A stretch of DNA of 62,803 nucleotides, filler included, from Globobulimina sp. (GCA_003354225.1; 42 parts of 42 records of this genome joined end to end with filler, not necessarily neighbours in it), one strand, 5' to 3'. Positions 47,939 through 61,407 are shown, numbered from the whole stretch's first letter. Notes: a model not told the origin generated them from the sequence alone. Made by a program: numbers and translations.

Positions 47939-49239
47939 TATCATTATAAATATGCCATTTCTCTGCGCATTCATCACTGCTCTGATACTCACAATCAGGT
48001 GTTTTTATTGCTCCATACACCATCCAGCAAATATATTGAATAAATGGCTCATGCACTAAATACAACGCATAGCTAATTCTGCCGAAATACAACGCTGCTT
48101 TGGATGTTAAAACTTTATACATTGTCGACATTCCTTCATCAAATGTCAATGCAGTAATAAAATATAACTGAAACCATGCAATAGCTAATTGTAACCATAA
48201 ATTACTCCCAACCTCAAAAAAAGCACTTTCTACAACTGACAAAACAATAAAAACAATGAGCATTCCAATACCACTCCAATCACTTACTTTTCTCCATTTA
48301 TCCACAGTATATTCATCACAGCATTTATGTATTCCTAAACCATCATTTCTGAGCAAGCCACCTAAGACACCCATAATAAACACAGGTAATCGAGAAGGTG
48401 GCCAAAAGGTCGCTATGTAAAAAGAAAGTGTTGGAACCACCCAAAATGTGCCAAAAAATAAGCTACATCCAATAAACATTTGAATCCAAAAATAATAACA
48501 AACCCATTTTTGTTTCCTTTAATATTGAAAAACAGAAACTTATGTTGCAAATTACAAAATAAAATGTAGCCACAAACCTGGCATTGTCAATGCTTTGCAG
48601 TCTAGGGACTAAACTTGGAAATATCCAATAAAAGAACCATATTGTACTTACAAACCAAGATGGACCATTTAATGTTGTTGGTATTCCAAACCATGTGGTT
48701 ACCACAAAAGCGGTAGCAATCAATGTTGAGATAAGAGTACCATCTGTGGCGACCCAGCCATGGCCACCAAATGCTAAAGGAATACACATTAAATTGGTCA
48801 AATAATATAAAGGAAGAGTGCGAGCCATCCGTCGTTGATAATAGTTTTTACCATCAAAATGTTTGTGTTGGCCATGGTTTTCAGACGCCGACAAATATGG
48901 AATCGGACCAGATCCAGCATCACCAAAATGTTTTAGTTCTGTACAGCATTTGGTGGGATAATATTTCTGTTTCCCATCACTTAAACCGAAAATATATCCA
49001 GATATAAGAAAGAATAATGGCATTTGAACCGATCCAAGAATATTCCATTGTAGTTTAGAATATATTAAAGAATGGAATATCATGATATGAACGGCAACAA
49101 TCCCTCTTAATCCATTTAATGCTTTTGTATCGATTCGTTGTTGCTGGGAATTGCTAATTGGAGTATTTGGTTTATCTTCATTTGTGTTGCTTAAAATTTG
49201 CAATTGTTTTGCAGACGGAGGAAGATTAGCTGTAAACAT
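47939..49239 (-). CDS. Acyltransferase-3 (OafA-like) membrane protein, spliced, partial
   Basis: LNGLRG, FFLISGY, RR.AR..PLY, NGPSW, RLPVF..G, GRISYALYLVH. Confidence 0.9.
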
Positions 49240-49435
49240 GATTTGCCTGTTTTTGGTGACTAGCTTACTCTGTGAAAAGTGAAAACACCAATGAGGTGAT
49301 ACTAGACAATTAAAATGTCCGTCTCTGACTGCCTGNNNNNNNNNNNNNNNNNNNNNNNNNNNNNNNNNNNNNNNNNNNNTTAATTAATTAANNNNNNNNN
49401 NNNNNNNNNNNNNNNNNNNNNNNNNNNNNNNNNNN

Positions 49436-50832
49436 TTTTGATTTCAATGCATTATTTTCAACAATCTTTCCTTTCAATTGTGAATCTTGAATTTTCTCTT
49501 TCTGTTAAAAGGCAGACATATAATAAATCCGTAAGGGACAAATGACAAATAATACTAAACTTGTGTCAGTTCCTTTTGTTTGTTGGCAACCTCTTTCTGT
49601 TCAGCTTGCAATTTTAATCTAAGCTGATTGAGACATTTATTGTTGTCTTGAATCGTTTTCTCCATTTTATTTTGGTTTGTTTTTAATTGAATAGAAAGAT
49701 TTAAATACTTCCTAGACTCTGTTGATAATTTATCATATTTTTGCTTAATTGTTTTTAAATCTGCATTCAATGAATTTATTTCTTTATCTCTAACTGTATA
49801 TATTTCTATTTTATTTTGCAACTTTTTCCTCATTTCTGTTAATTCTTTATTCTCTTCGCATAACTTATTTATTTTATCATTTAATTTATCAATTTGCTGC
49901 TGTTTGGATCGCAAAACTTGTTTCATTTTATCCCCGAAATCTTTACTTTTAGCACACTCACTTTTCAGTTTATCAATTTCAGTGTCATACGAACTAAATG
50001 TGATTGCCATCAATGCAGATATCTCTGCCGATGATTTCTTTTCTTTTTCAATCTCTTGACTCAACACTTTCTTCTCTGCCTGCAAACTCGCAATATTTTG
50101 CTTAAACTCATTTTCTGTTACATTTAATTGTTTATTTTTTCGTATTATCTCACTTTTCAATGTCTTCTCAGTTGCCATTGCTTTTTGTACTGTAACTTTT
50201 AGTGAATTAATCTCATTCATTTTATGTTTAATTTCGTTTTGTAACTTATCGATTAGCTCTTGTCTCGTATTTAAAATACCGGTTCTTTTCGTGAATAACT
50301 CCTTCATTTTTACAATTAAATTACTTTTGATATTAAACTCTTCCGTCTTCGCTTTTAATTTTCCATTCAATGCGGCAATCTCCACCAAATGTTTCCGTTT
50401 CATTGCTTTTGTTTCTTTCTCATTGGCAGCAAAGGTCTTTGCCATTAATAGCGTCAATTCATTATTGCGCTTCGTATATTGCTGACTTTGCTGTTTCAAC
50501 TCATGGGTCAATGCGGTCACTCTTTGCTGTGCATCTTCAAAGTCTTGCGGGTCAATGCTTGGATACGTCGATAAATAGGACAAGTTCCTCTGTTTTAAAT
50601 CGCCATTTTCTTTCCGCATTCTTTGAATGTTATCATTTAATATTTTATTCTCATTCTTTAATCCATTACATTGAGTGTCATATTGTTTGTTTTCTGTCTC
50701 TAACTTAGTTACTTTGACACATATACTTTGATAGTCATTGTCCATTTTATTATATTTCCTTTGTAATTCATTGAATATCTCAACAGATACAATACTAACA
50801 CTAATATTGCGTGGGTTGCATATTTCTTTCTG
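49436..50832 (-). CDS. Long coiled-coil protein, partial
   Basis: 396-aa heptad-rich ORF. Confidence 0.7.
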
Positions 50833-50932
50833 NNNNNNNNNNNNNNNNNNNNNNNNNNNNNNNNNNNNNNNNNNNNTTAATTAATTAANNNNNNNNNNNN
50901 NNNNNNNNNNNNNNNNNNNNNNNNNNNNNNNN

Positions 50933-51561
50933 TTTAATTGATTATCTAAAAATTTCTGTCGCCTCCTCTCTTTTTCTAATTTGCGAGCGAGAGCCTCTTC
51001 CCTTCGCGCCTTATATTCTTCCAATAATTTTTGACTGCGCTTTTTTTCACGTAATTCAATATTTATACGCTCGATTAAATTTGCCTTGTTTTTAAATGAA
51101 TTGCCTTTTGCCTTTAAATAATAGCGGTGATACCTTGCAAAGTGTAAATATTTGCGATTATGCGATTATGCGGGTTTGATGATGAATGAATAAATTATTA
51201 CATACATTTTCCTATCAATTTTGCCAGCCAATTTATAGCGACACAATAAGCGGCGCATAGCTCTCTGCCGTTTCATCCATAGCATTTTTGAGGAACAACG
51301 AGCATTTCTTGTTCCTTTCCTCGAACCGTGTCCTAAATGACGACCTTTCTTCTTTTCTATTTTGCGTCGTCTGGCTCTGAATCGTGAATGGATTTTTTGT
51401 GGTTTTTTAATTATAAATCCGTCACGAATCAATTTTCTCACTGCGGTTCTTGTATTTGCCATTCCGACTTCATTCATTTCATTTGGATCTAACCATATTT
51501 TTCTGCGGCCACATTTCAACACAGATGCAGCTAATCGTTTTTGTAAACGTAAATTCACCAT
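50933..51561 (-). CDS. RPL19: 60S ribosomal protein L19; intron 51134-51205
   Basis: [36 protein letters not shown]. Confidence 0.98.
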
Positions 51562-51717
51562 CTCAGAGTCAGACTGTCTTTGATTGCAAACAGACTATTT
51601 GCTATGTGAGGACCGGATAGAGGCGATTGAGAGGTGAAGCTTAAAACTTTCAGTAATACAAAAACATTTCAAATTAAACGAAACGAAACGAAAAAAAGGA
51701 TCACTTGTTTTGACTTT

Positions 51718-52293
51718 TTAGACTCCAGCCATTTCAAACCCACAGTCTCTGTCCCATTTCAATGTAAATGTCGCTTGTCCGATGTTCTGTTTTCTTGTAT
51801 TTTTTTGTCTGTTCGTTTCTTGCGTTAATTTTTTCAATTTTGATTCTTTTTGTGCATCATTTAAAAATTTCATTTGTTTTTTGACGTATTTTTCGTTCTC
51901 AATTTGATTCCGTTTTAATTCTTGATTATATTTGTCAGTCTCAGTTGTTTTTTTATTTTTATTTTTATCATTATCATTTTTATTATTTTTATGTTGATTT
52001 AACATTAACATTTCAATTTCTTTCTGTTTTTCTTTATCTTCGATATCAATTCCATGCATTTTTAAAATTTCATTATTTGATTTTAATGCATTTTTTACCG
52101 ATGGCATTGTCTTGATTTTCCTTTTTTTATTTGGTGGTTGTTTATTGTGAATCTGTTCAACTGCAACATCAATAGCAGAAAATTTCCTTTTTTTAGAATT
52201 TGTTTGGATCTGTTCATCATCACTGCCAGAATTAGAATTAGAATTATCATTGGAACTTTGATCAGAATCAGTGTACGCAACAAGCAATGCCAT
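51718..52293 (-). CDS. Lys-rich hypothetical (probably nuclear) protein
   Basis: MALLVAYTDSD start, NLS-like KKRK twice. Confidence 0.65.
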   Translation of the reverse strand: MALLVAYTDSDQSSNDNSNSNSGSDDEQIQTNSKKRKFSAIDVAVEQIHNKQPPNKKRKIKTMPSVKNALKSNNEILKMHGIDIEDKEKQKEIEMLMLNQHKNNKNDNDKNKNKKTTETDKYNQELKRNQIENEKYVKKQMKFLNDAQKESKLKKLTQETNRQKNTRKQNIGQATFTLKWDRDCGFEMAGV

Positions 52294-52463
52294 GACGCAA
52301 AGGCTGTGAAAGCGACAGATGAAGTGAGGNNNNNNNNNNNNNNNNNNNNNNNNNNNNNNNNNNNNNNNNNNNNTTAATTAATTAANNNNNNNNNNNNNNN
52401 NNNNNNNNNNNNNNNNNNNNNNNNNNNNNTGAGCTAGTGCACGCCCATCATCATAATTACAGC

Positions 52464-52530
52464 CTGTCGCCTCAGGATTTGAACCTGAATCTTCTGGATC
52501 AATGCAGTGCTCTGCTTGAGCTAAGCGACC
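52464..52530 (-). ncRNA. tRNA-like element, same family as 20357-20437, short anticodon arm
   Basis: GGTCGCTTAGCTCAAGCAGAGCACTG...AGATTCAGGTTCAAATCCTGAGGCGACAG. Confidence 0.75.
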
Positions 52531-52674
52531 TTTATCCATTATCGATTTTCTGTATGGAGGTTTATTTTTCAAATGGATTATGAACCATATGGAGAGACAG
52601 TAGAGGCAAGAGAGTGAGGAGTATTTATTAATCCACGCTGCTGGCAAGCAATCCTCGTGACATAAGTAGACATC

Positions 52675-52717
52675 AAATGTAACGGTCTCGAAAAAAAACT
52701 TAGTTGGACATAGTCTA
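52675..52717 (+). repeat. Dispersed ~42-nt repeat; second copy at 55076-55117
   Basis: AAATGTAACGGTCTCGAAAA...ACTTAGTTGGACATAGTCTA in two contigs. Confidence 0.85.
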
Positions 52718-53926
52718 ATGTAACTGTCTCATTTTTAGCTGAAACAATAAGTTTTTAGACTTTTAGATGAATCACAACGAATCACTGCGTATCAAAAATG
52801 ATCTTTTTGTGTGGTGTATATATTTCGTGTGTGCGGGTTATACTTATTTCGTGTGCGGGCGGTGTGCGGTTATATTTTTAGCATGAATCAAATTGCAAAA
52901 AACAAATCTATAATAAGAAAGAAACAATTTAATATGCCCAAAAAACATCAATATCATTCTGTCAAAGGATAAGCAATATGCAATCAATATTATACTGAAT
53001 ATACTTATTATGTTTGATCTTACCGACAATGATGGATATTAATCCATAGTTTTTATAAATTGAATATTTCTGTTGTTGTTTCAATTTCATTAGATAATGA
53101 ATTTAAGCCTAATGTTTATAGCCATTACCAACTAATACTTACTGCTATTTACGTTTTTATCAATATTCGTTGTATCTGTTTTTATTTCGAGCATTGTATA
53201 CCTGTTTGATTTCGATGGTTCATTGTTGACAAATCTCGCGAAAATCATTAGAATAAGTTCAAAGGTTATATGGAGACTGTTTTATGGCGTTGGTTTGAGA
53301 TCGAATCTGTCGTATGACATCTCGATAAATTTGAAGTTCTTAACATTTCCAAAACTTGACAACTGTGATGTTTTTCACAACTGTGAATAGTATCTTTTCT
53401 TAACAAAAAAACCCAGCTGCTATAATTGACCCAGCTGCTAAAACAAAGTTCAGGGTTTTGTGAGCCTTTGATGCGCATCATTTAGTATCGTATCTTTGGA
53501 GATCATAAAATGATCGCGGATGCATTTCCAAAGCACTTTGATAAAGTCTATAAATGGGCTGGTTTTAAAAACATATTAAATGATTATATGATCAGTGGAA
53601 TTATGCAATCAAATCTATTCATAGAAAAACAAATCTATTCATAGAAAATTAAACAAAAAAGAAACAAATTAAATCAAGAATCTTATACATTACCAATTAA
53701 TCATAAAATGGGTTTCATTACCAATTTAATTAAAATGGTAACATTAGTAACGACGTTCGGGCTAATCTGGCTTTGGCTGAACAACAAAAAAACGATAACA
53801 ATAACACAGAGTATGTTTTATTTTTANNNNNNNNNNNNNNNNNNNNNNNNNNNNNNNNNNNNNNNNNNNNTTAATTAATTAANNNNNNNNNNNNNNNNNN
53901 NNNNNNNNNNNNNNNNNNNNNNNNNN

Positions 53927-54223
53927 TTGTTTACAGATAACTCATTCACTGAAAATTTACAAATTTTTGCTTTGGATAATAACAATTTCAAAGATGAAAA
54001 CATTGATGATTTATTCAAGAATTTATTTATGGAATGCCCAAATTTGATGGTATTGACATTACATGAAAATGAATATTTATCCGGAAAATTCCCATCAATC
54101 CCAAATGAAGAAGATGTTTATTTGGATCATTTACGTATTTTAACATTGCATAATTTAGATATATATGGTATTATTCCTCATAATCTTCATTTTTCAGAGG
54201 CTGTACATGTAAAAAAATTATGA
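53927..54223 (+). CDS. Leucine-rich repeat fragment
   Basis: LQIFALDNNNF, LMVLTLHEN..LSG.FP, LRILTLHN..IYG.IP. Confidence 0.7.
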   Translation: MFTDNSFTENLQIFALDNNNFKDENIDDLFKNLFMECPNLMVLTLHENEYLSGKFPSIPNEEDVYLDHLRILTLHNLDIYGIIPHNLHFSEAVHVKKL

Positions 54224-54274
54224 AATTATGAAATTATTTATATACAGTTATACTATAATTGGTACGTCACAGTT

Positions 54275-54757
54275 ATGGATTTTGGGAAAATATTTGAGAA
54301 TATGTCACATAATGTATACGTATCTGATGACACATCTGAGAACATATCTGATATCGATATAACATCTGAGAACCTATCAGAGCTCGAGAGCATATTAGAG
54401 AGCATGTCCGAGAACATGATAGAACCAATAAATTCTAGTGATTCATCTGAAAACATGATAAAACCAATAAATTCTTCATACACACCCAAAACGACGATCG
54501 CTGCTGATGTTTCAAATGTAATTATTGAAAACAAAGGACTTATATTTGGCATTATAACTGTTGGTTACTGTGCATATAAACTCATTTCCTGTGTGAAACA
54601 AACAAATTCTGCAAACATGTACAAGTTAAAACAGGCAACTGATACAATAAAACAACTAAATACGCGCGTCAAGCATGTGGAAGATAGTCTGAAAGCCATG
54701 GAAGAATATACGCAGAACTCATTGAGAAGAAAGGGAAATGTCAAGCAGTGGTTGTAG
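54275..54757 (+). CDS. Small TM protein with SENxx repeats
   Basis: Repeated SEN(I/L/M), one TM, coiled C-terminus. Confidence 0.5.
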   Translation: MDFGKIFENMSHNVYVSDDTSENISDIDITSENLSELESILESMSENMIEPINSSDSSENMIKPINSSYTPKTTIAADVSNVIIENKGLIFGIITVGYCAYKLISCVKQTNSANMYKLKQATDTIKQLNTRVKHVEDSLKAMEEYTQNSLRRKGNVKQWL

Positions 54758-55958
54758 CTATAATAATTATGGCAACATCTGTCACATAGTGCATGTTCAT
54801 GACATTTCCAATATTCAGTTACTTGTTTTGTGTCATTCTGTTGCGGGAAATATCTCTTCTTTTTCACGGCTTTTGTGTGCTCAACGTCGTTAAAATAAAA
54901 CAGTTTTACTGGCGTTTTTTTTGGTAATTAAATATTGATTTTTTCTGTTTAAAAACAGATTTTCCCGATAAAGCAAAATGCCTTGTACCTAATGAACCAT
55001 AAATGCAAAAAAGTAATTATTGAGTTCTTTAATATTATTGGAAAAATAACAGTGACATAAAAGCAGTTTAACTTTAAATGTAACGGTCTCGAAAATCACT
55101 TAGTTGGACATAGTCTACAGGGATAACTCCTATAAGACGCAGAATCATACAATTATGATAATTGTATGAAATAAATGGGATCTCGTCCGAGATAATGAAT
55201 TATGTATGACTATAAAAAATAATTAAAAATCATACATGTATGACTATAGGAGAGGGTTTGTCAGGCAAATATGATCATATTTGTATGATTTTTCCTAAGG
55301 GAATGTGTGTTTTTTTTACACGCNNNNNNNNNNNNNNNNNNNNNNNNNNNNNNNNNNNNNNNNNNNNTTAATTAATTAANNNNNNNNNNNNNNNNNNNNN
55401 NNNNNNNNNNNNNNNNNNNNNNNTTGTTTTGTTTTTCATTGTAATATTTTTGCTGTAATTTCACTCTCTTTTTTTTCTTCGAAGATTTTTAATATGCATT
55501 TTTTTTGTTTGAATGCATTTTTTTCTATCACTTACTGCAAGAATACTAGTATTGTTGCTCACTGTATAGGTTAAAGCTTAATAAGTTTTTTGTTTGCTTT
55601 GTTGTAAATGTGTTTTTTTTGTTGTAAATGTATTTTGTGTTTGTCACAACATTTGTGTTGGGGGAAAACATCTGTATGGGATACATATAGATGTAATTGG
55701 CCAAACCTATTTTGTGAGATAATTACAGAACTTTTGAAACATATAAAGATGCTTTTTTATATGATTGTTTCTGATGAATATAAACAAACTCAAAATGTTT
55801 TTTTCTGTACTTTGACTAGTCATTAACGATGATGGTTTATTCAAAAAATTCGGACATCTCGCGGGGGTTCAGAATGGGGGCTGCATAGCTCCCCTCGAGA
55901 TGTATCGCAGTACATATAGATCTATCAGACATTATCAGTGACGTAAACACATCATGAT

Positions 55959-56615
55959 CTATCCGGTCAATAATTGGATTTGTTGGTCACACATAATAGA
56001 AACAGCCATACAGTATTGTTTATTTATGGGAATATTTTGAAATGCAATTCCTTGATTTTTATCATTTATTTTGTAAGACAAAACAGCATTTTGTTTGTCC
56101 GTTTGTCTCATATCCAATGTCATTGTAATAATATCATGTAAGTGACATTTGTCTCCATATTTTTTCCAACATCCTCCATTTTGAGATATAAAACCACTCA
56201 TTGCATTAAAAGCAAATCCTCTGTTCCCAATATCCCAAAGTTTTTTCATATTTTCTTTTGCTTTTTTTGATTCAATAATACCCAAAACAAGAAATAAATA
56301 ATTGCGTATTGCAGTACTGTTTATTTTTAATCTCCATGTTTTCGTTTCGCCCTTTGTGATTATTAAAGTACAGACAGCTGTCCTCCATTTAAATTTCCTT
56401 ATTGTAGCATCTCTTCTCCTTCTCACTAAATTCGTATCACTATTAATTTCCAATTCTCCATCTGATAATTTGCTGTTCCATTTATCAAATACTACAACAT
56501 ACATTGACAAACATATTAATATCAATTCATTGGGAATGTAATTGTCAGTGTATCTCCTTATGAATCCAAACACACATAATTCTTGTGCCTTCTTTAATTT
56601 TGTTAACAGCGACAT
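55959..56615 (-). CDS. SPRY/B30.2-like protein
   Basis: WRLKI, LGII, KYG...DIITMTLD, LSYKIN...QGIAF. Confidence 0.75.
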   Translation of the reverse strand: MSLLTKLKKAQELCVFGFIRRYTDNYIPNELILICLSMYVVVFDKWNSKLSDGELEINSDTNLVRRRRDATIRKFKWRTAVCTLIITKGETKTWRLKINSTAIRNYLFLVLGIIESKKAKENMKKLWDIGNRGFAFNAMSGFISQNGGCWKKYGDKCHLHDIITMTLDMRQTDKQNAVLSYKINDKNQGIAFQNIPINKQYCMAVSIMCDQQIQLLTG

Positions 56616-57008
56616 GTCACATAAACTGAACTGAGTTATTTCCGGTTGTTAACCTAAGAACGGTCAACTGCAAAAGTAAAAATCCGAAAAACGTACTCGT
56701 TCACTGTGTTATAGAGTTTGTGCATTTAAGTGAATTGAAAGTAAAATCACTAATCGAATTAGTTTTCACTCGTCAACTTAACAATGGCGACTCCACCAAA
56801 CTTGCAAGGCCCACGGGATNNNNNNNNNNNNNNNNNNNNNNNNNNNNNNNNNNNNNNNNNNNNTTAATTAATTAANNNNNNNNNNNNNNNNNNNNNNNNN
56901 NNNNNNNNNNNNNNNNNNNCAAGTAAAAAACTTTATTTTCAATTTCAGCGAAATTAATCATCGTAACATTAGTCATTGTATTTGCAAATTGAATACAAAT
57001 CAAAAAAT

Positions 57009-57705
57009 ATGTATCGAATCAACCAAGGACAATTTTATGGAATGGAGAGCTTTCAGCCAACCCAAATTATTAAAAGGATTTGTGTCTTACAAGTAATATT
57101 TTATGTGATGGCATCTGTATTTTTAGGATTAATTGGAACTATCGGTGGTTCGCCATATTCCATATCACTGTTATTTGATTCTACTCAACTTAGCTTTGGA
57201 TTTGGTGAGGGATATATTCCCATTGTATCCTTTGTATTATCTTCATTCCCATGGTATGTTTTTGCGATTTTGCGATTTTTAGAATTGTAATATTTGCAAA
57301 ATGTTCTAAAACTGTTTCTAACTTCAAAGTGCTTACATTGTGTCTTGGATTATAAAGCGAGCAAAAAAATGTTTGGATTATGTGTCAACAATATATGTTT
57401 TACATTTTATATTATGTTGGATCAGTGATCACTTTCCAGCGAATTGGGATTGGTGGATTGTCAATTTTTGTTGTTTTTTAATAATGGCTGTATTATCGGA
57501 ATATTTATGCATAAGACAAGAAATGAGAGTCATTAAATTGGATCATAGCGTATATATCGATGATATGTCTGATGATTCAGATGTGGACGAAAAGAATAGT
57601 GACAATATACCATTATTATCACATCAAAATAATGATGAAAGGGACAATAAGCCACCGATACATATTCAAAATGATGATCAATCGTATGATATTAGGATTG
57701 TGTAA
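57009..57705 (+). CDS. SYS1: SYS1 Golgi membrane protein; intron 57254-57329
   Basis: F.P..I...I..LQ..FY, RAKKCLDY..T...LH, FPANWDWW, EYLC...EM..I. Confidence 0.9.
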
Positions 57706-57889
57706 TGTGAAATGACATTTTTTGTTTTGATGCTTAAATATTTAACAAATGTTCAGATAATCGATCGCTAAGTTGCTTTTTTTTTACGTTGTCCGGCTAA
57801 AAAAAGATTTATTTAAACTTACTTGTCCGGCTAAAAAAAGCTACGAAGTTAATTATTAATTAATAGTTACAGTATTGTTGTATTACAAT

Positions 57890-58315
57890 TTATATATTGT
57901 TATATAAGGTACTAACAAGCATTATGACTGTTACTGTACATATAAAATGTTGAGCAGCACCGGATCGCGAAATCCCATCAGTTCCATCAGGTCCAAGACC
58001 ACATTCACTTGATCCGGAACACTGTGATTCTGGCCAATCTGTACTGACATCGACAGGATAACCATCAGCAATATTGGTACAATCATCATCGGTATATTCA
58101 TAATATGATGTTTCTCGTTCAGAACACGTGATTTTATTACTTCCATTTGGAATTTTGGATGGGTTCTCGAACATTTCTCAGTATATAAGCTATCAATTCC
58201 ATTGTTGTTGCTGTACATGCAATGTTTATCCGTGTTGTATTTAAATCACATTCATTATTTGAACCATCACAATTAAAATACCATGGACCAAGATCATCTC
58301 TTTCAAAAAATCTAG
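57890..58315 (-). CDS. C-terminus of Cys-rich, possibly GPI-anchored protein
   Basis: Cys/Asp-rich region with hydrophobic C-terminal tail. Confidence 0.4.
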
Positions 58316-58904
58316 NNNNNNNNNNNNNNNNNNNNNNNNNNNNNNNNNNNNNNNNNNNNTTAATTAATTAANNNNNNNNNNNNNNNNNNNNNNNNNNNNN
58401 NNNNNNNNNNNNNNNAAATCTATAACCTCTTCATTCGAACTATTGACATTTATTATTTTATCATTGCTTCGAGTGATATTATAATAACAAGCTAAAAATG
58501 ATGGATCGACCAAATCATTGATACGAATGTGATAACGTTTTGTTGAGCAAAAAAACAGTTTTTTCGTTTCTCGCACACGAATTTTTGTATACATTTTGAG
58601 AGTTAAATGGATATTAATAGCAAATCTGTGACTTGATGCATAAATGAAATATCACGTTTGTTACAAAAACACAGACAAACATACTATTAATGTATACAAA
58701 ATGAACAAAAAACCGGGTAAAAAAACAAAAAAACTGCTTTTCAGCACACAGAAATGACAGAATGCATACAAACCTGTCTTATAATGTATAAAAATCCAAT
58801 AATAAAATAATTCTAAACACGAAATAAAATAATTCTAAATTATTATGATTGGGATTTGGACCCAAATCTTATTTACTAAGTGCTCTCAATGAGCTATCAT
58901 CACA

Positions 58905-59178
58905 ACCAAATAAATAAATCCTATTTCGGCCGATATGGCGACTGCTTCGCCGCCCATATATACCAAATAAATAAATTCTATATCCACCGATAAGGCGACT
59001 GCGTCGCCGCCCAAAATCCAATAATAAAATAGTTCTGATCTGCACCCATAGATGAAGCGGCTTCGCCGCTTGCCATAAATAGCAAATAGAAATATAATAA
59101 AATAGTGCTGTGCGAATGTGCACAGAGATGAAGCGGCTAAATAATTCTATGGCCCATAAATACAGCGACTTCGTCGCT
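58905..59178. repeat. ~57-bp tandem units carrying GC-rich mini-hairpins
   Basis: GGCGAC-TGC-GTCGCC, AGCGGC-TTC-GCCGCT, AGCGAC-TTC-GTCGCT. Confidence 0.7.
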
Positions 59179-61407
59179 TTCCATCTAATTATAATATGTA
59201 TAAATAGTAGAGACGATTGATGTGAGTTGTTTAGTGAGTAAATCGAGAGTTAACTTATTATATTTTAAGTTTTTTTGATTACATACAAAAAACAGGAATT
59301 TCTGAAATAATCCAGGAAATATTCTGACTATTAAGTTAATTTGTATTTCAGATGTGCTAATACTATTGTTTCTGAAATAAAAACTTATTTTTCTGAAATA
59401 AATCCGAGTGATAATAAATAAACTTTACATCATGACCAATAAAAATATTGTTTGTAGAATACAAAAATATGATGTTTTTGTTAATTTGCAATATGGTCAA
59501 TTGTATAGGTATCCATTCTCATTACAATCTGTTTTCAGTTATATATTGTATACTAAATATAATTGCTGCGGATAACATCAATATTCCATTTGGCTTTTTG
59601 CTTACTATGAAATGGTCGATCGTTTCTAAACTGTTTGTATCAAACAAAAATGCCATAAAACAAAACAAACACACAAAACAAAACAAACACGACATAAAAC
59701 AAAACAAACAGACAAAACAATACGCCAACAGTCAGTGATAATTATACGTTGCAACTGTGGCGCCGTAACCACCCCCAAACCCACACAAACATTGGTGCTG
59801 ATAACGTGTGCNNNNNNNNNNNNNNNNNNNNNNNNNNNNNNNNNNNNNNNNNNNNTTAATTAATTAANNNNNNNNNNNNNNNNNNNNNNNNNNNNNNNNN
59901 NNNNNNNNNNNATATATTCAAGACTTTAATGTTTCGATTTAAATAAATGCGATTGCAGAGTGCCATAGTCTCACCGGGCAAGATAACGTACTGTAGAATA
60001 GTAGAAAGTGAATAAAAGTATTAGACAAATTAACTTAATTCAAGTTATTTGGGGCTACCAGTTATTATTTGTGTATTTTACAGCTTGGTTCATTGATTAT
60101 TTTGTTCTTGTTTGGAAAATGTATACAATGTAACTGTGTGGTTTGACGCTAACCTATTTAATTAATTTCATAGATTCCATATATATAGTTTTTAATGGTC
60201 TCTTTCTTGCAAAAAAAATGAAAAAAAGAAAGAAACAGATGAATAATTTTTGGAGAGGTCCTTGACCTTTGGAAAGGCCGAGGGGTGGAAAGGGGATCCT
60301 ACATAGTTATGGATTAGATTCAATAGAGCATGGAGTATTAAAAAGTAAAAAAGATAAAAGGAAAAAATTGAAATAAAAATATTTGGAATATTATACATAT
60401 TAATATGGAAAAAGATTGAAAAACAGAAACATTTTATCAATATATTGTTATGTAACTTTAGAGACAGAAAAATTTTTTTACACACAACAAAAAATTTACT
60501 AAAATATTCTATAAAATTATGTCTTCCAAATAAATGGGAAATACTATTTTGGGGAAAATAGATAGCCATAAAAATAAATCACAAAAATAAAATTATGGAG
60601 AAAAAATAAAAATTGTATTAAAGTAATATTAATTTATCCCCACAGAGAAACGTATTTTGTTTCTCGAAGGGTTCTACATACATTTATTGGGGTTTGCCGG
60701 AAGGAATTGTTTGTCTTCAAATGTTTTTATTTTCAAGTGTAATAATAACGACCTCCCCAGTAGTTTACTGCCCGAAAGGAACTTTTAAATAACTCTTTTG
60801 TTTGTGAGATAAATGGTTACCTTTGTGATGTGACTTTTCTCGTTAATTACTGGACAATTAACTCAGCTGCATTTAGTAGATGCAAAAATTGCAAATCATA
60901 AAACTGTGAAATATCTCCTTTTGAATAACAATAACAGCGACAGTAATTGCAGATTGATAGGAAGAAAGAAGAATATGAATAAAATACTTAATTGGGTTAC
61001 ATTTATTATCAGAAAACAGATTAAAAGTGGAAGGAAAATATGTTATAAATGAAATGTTATATATTAGTTTATTATACTTAGGAGCAAGTTTTTCTAGAAA
61101 TCTAAACGATTAAAGTAAAGTTTTCGTTTTTAACATTATATTTTTAACCTATTTTTCTTCCTTTAAAGTCGACAATCTAAAGGTAAGTGACATTAAAGGG
61201 CGACTACAGGAGAGTGATTTGCCGAGAACTGGCTGCAAGTCGTCAAATTATTTAGGTTAAATTCCTTGTTTTTGGTTATTTTTCCAAATGTGCTCATTAT
61301 TTCAATANNNNNNNNNNNNNNNNNNNNNNNNNNNNNNNNNNNNNNNNNNNNTTAATTAATTAANNNNNNNNNNNNNNNNNNNNNNNNNNNNNNNNNNNNN
61401 NNNNNNN

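Noticed and set aside
59758-59811. PBS-like TGGCGCCGTAACC
   Set aside because: No recognisable LTR end or downstream ORF before the contig ends
59912-61307. ORF 60192-60569 and surrounding DNA
   Set aside because: AT-rich low-complexity translation with no motifs; no supportable feature
1400-61407. Regularly spaced TTAATTAATTAA as a CRISPR-like or biological repeat
   Set aside because: Always embedded in fixed-length N runs; it is an artificial six-frame-stop linker
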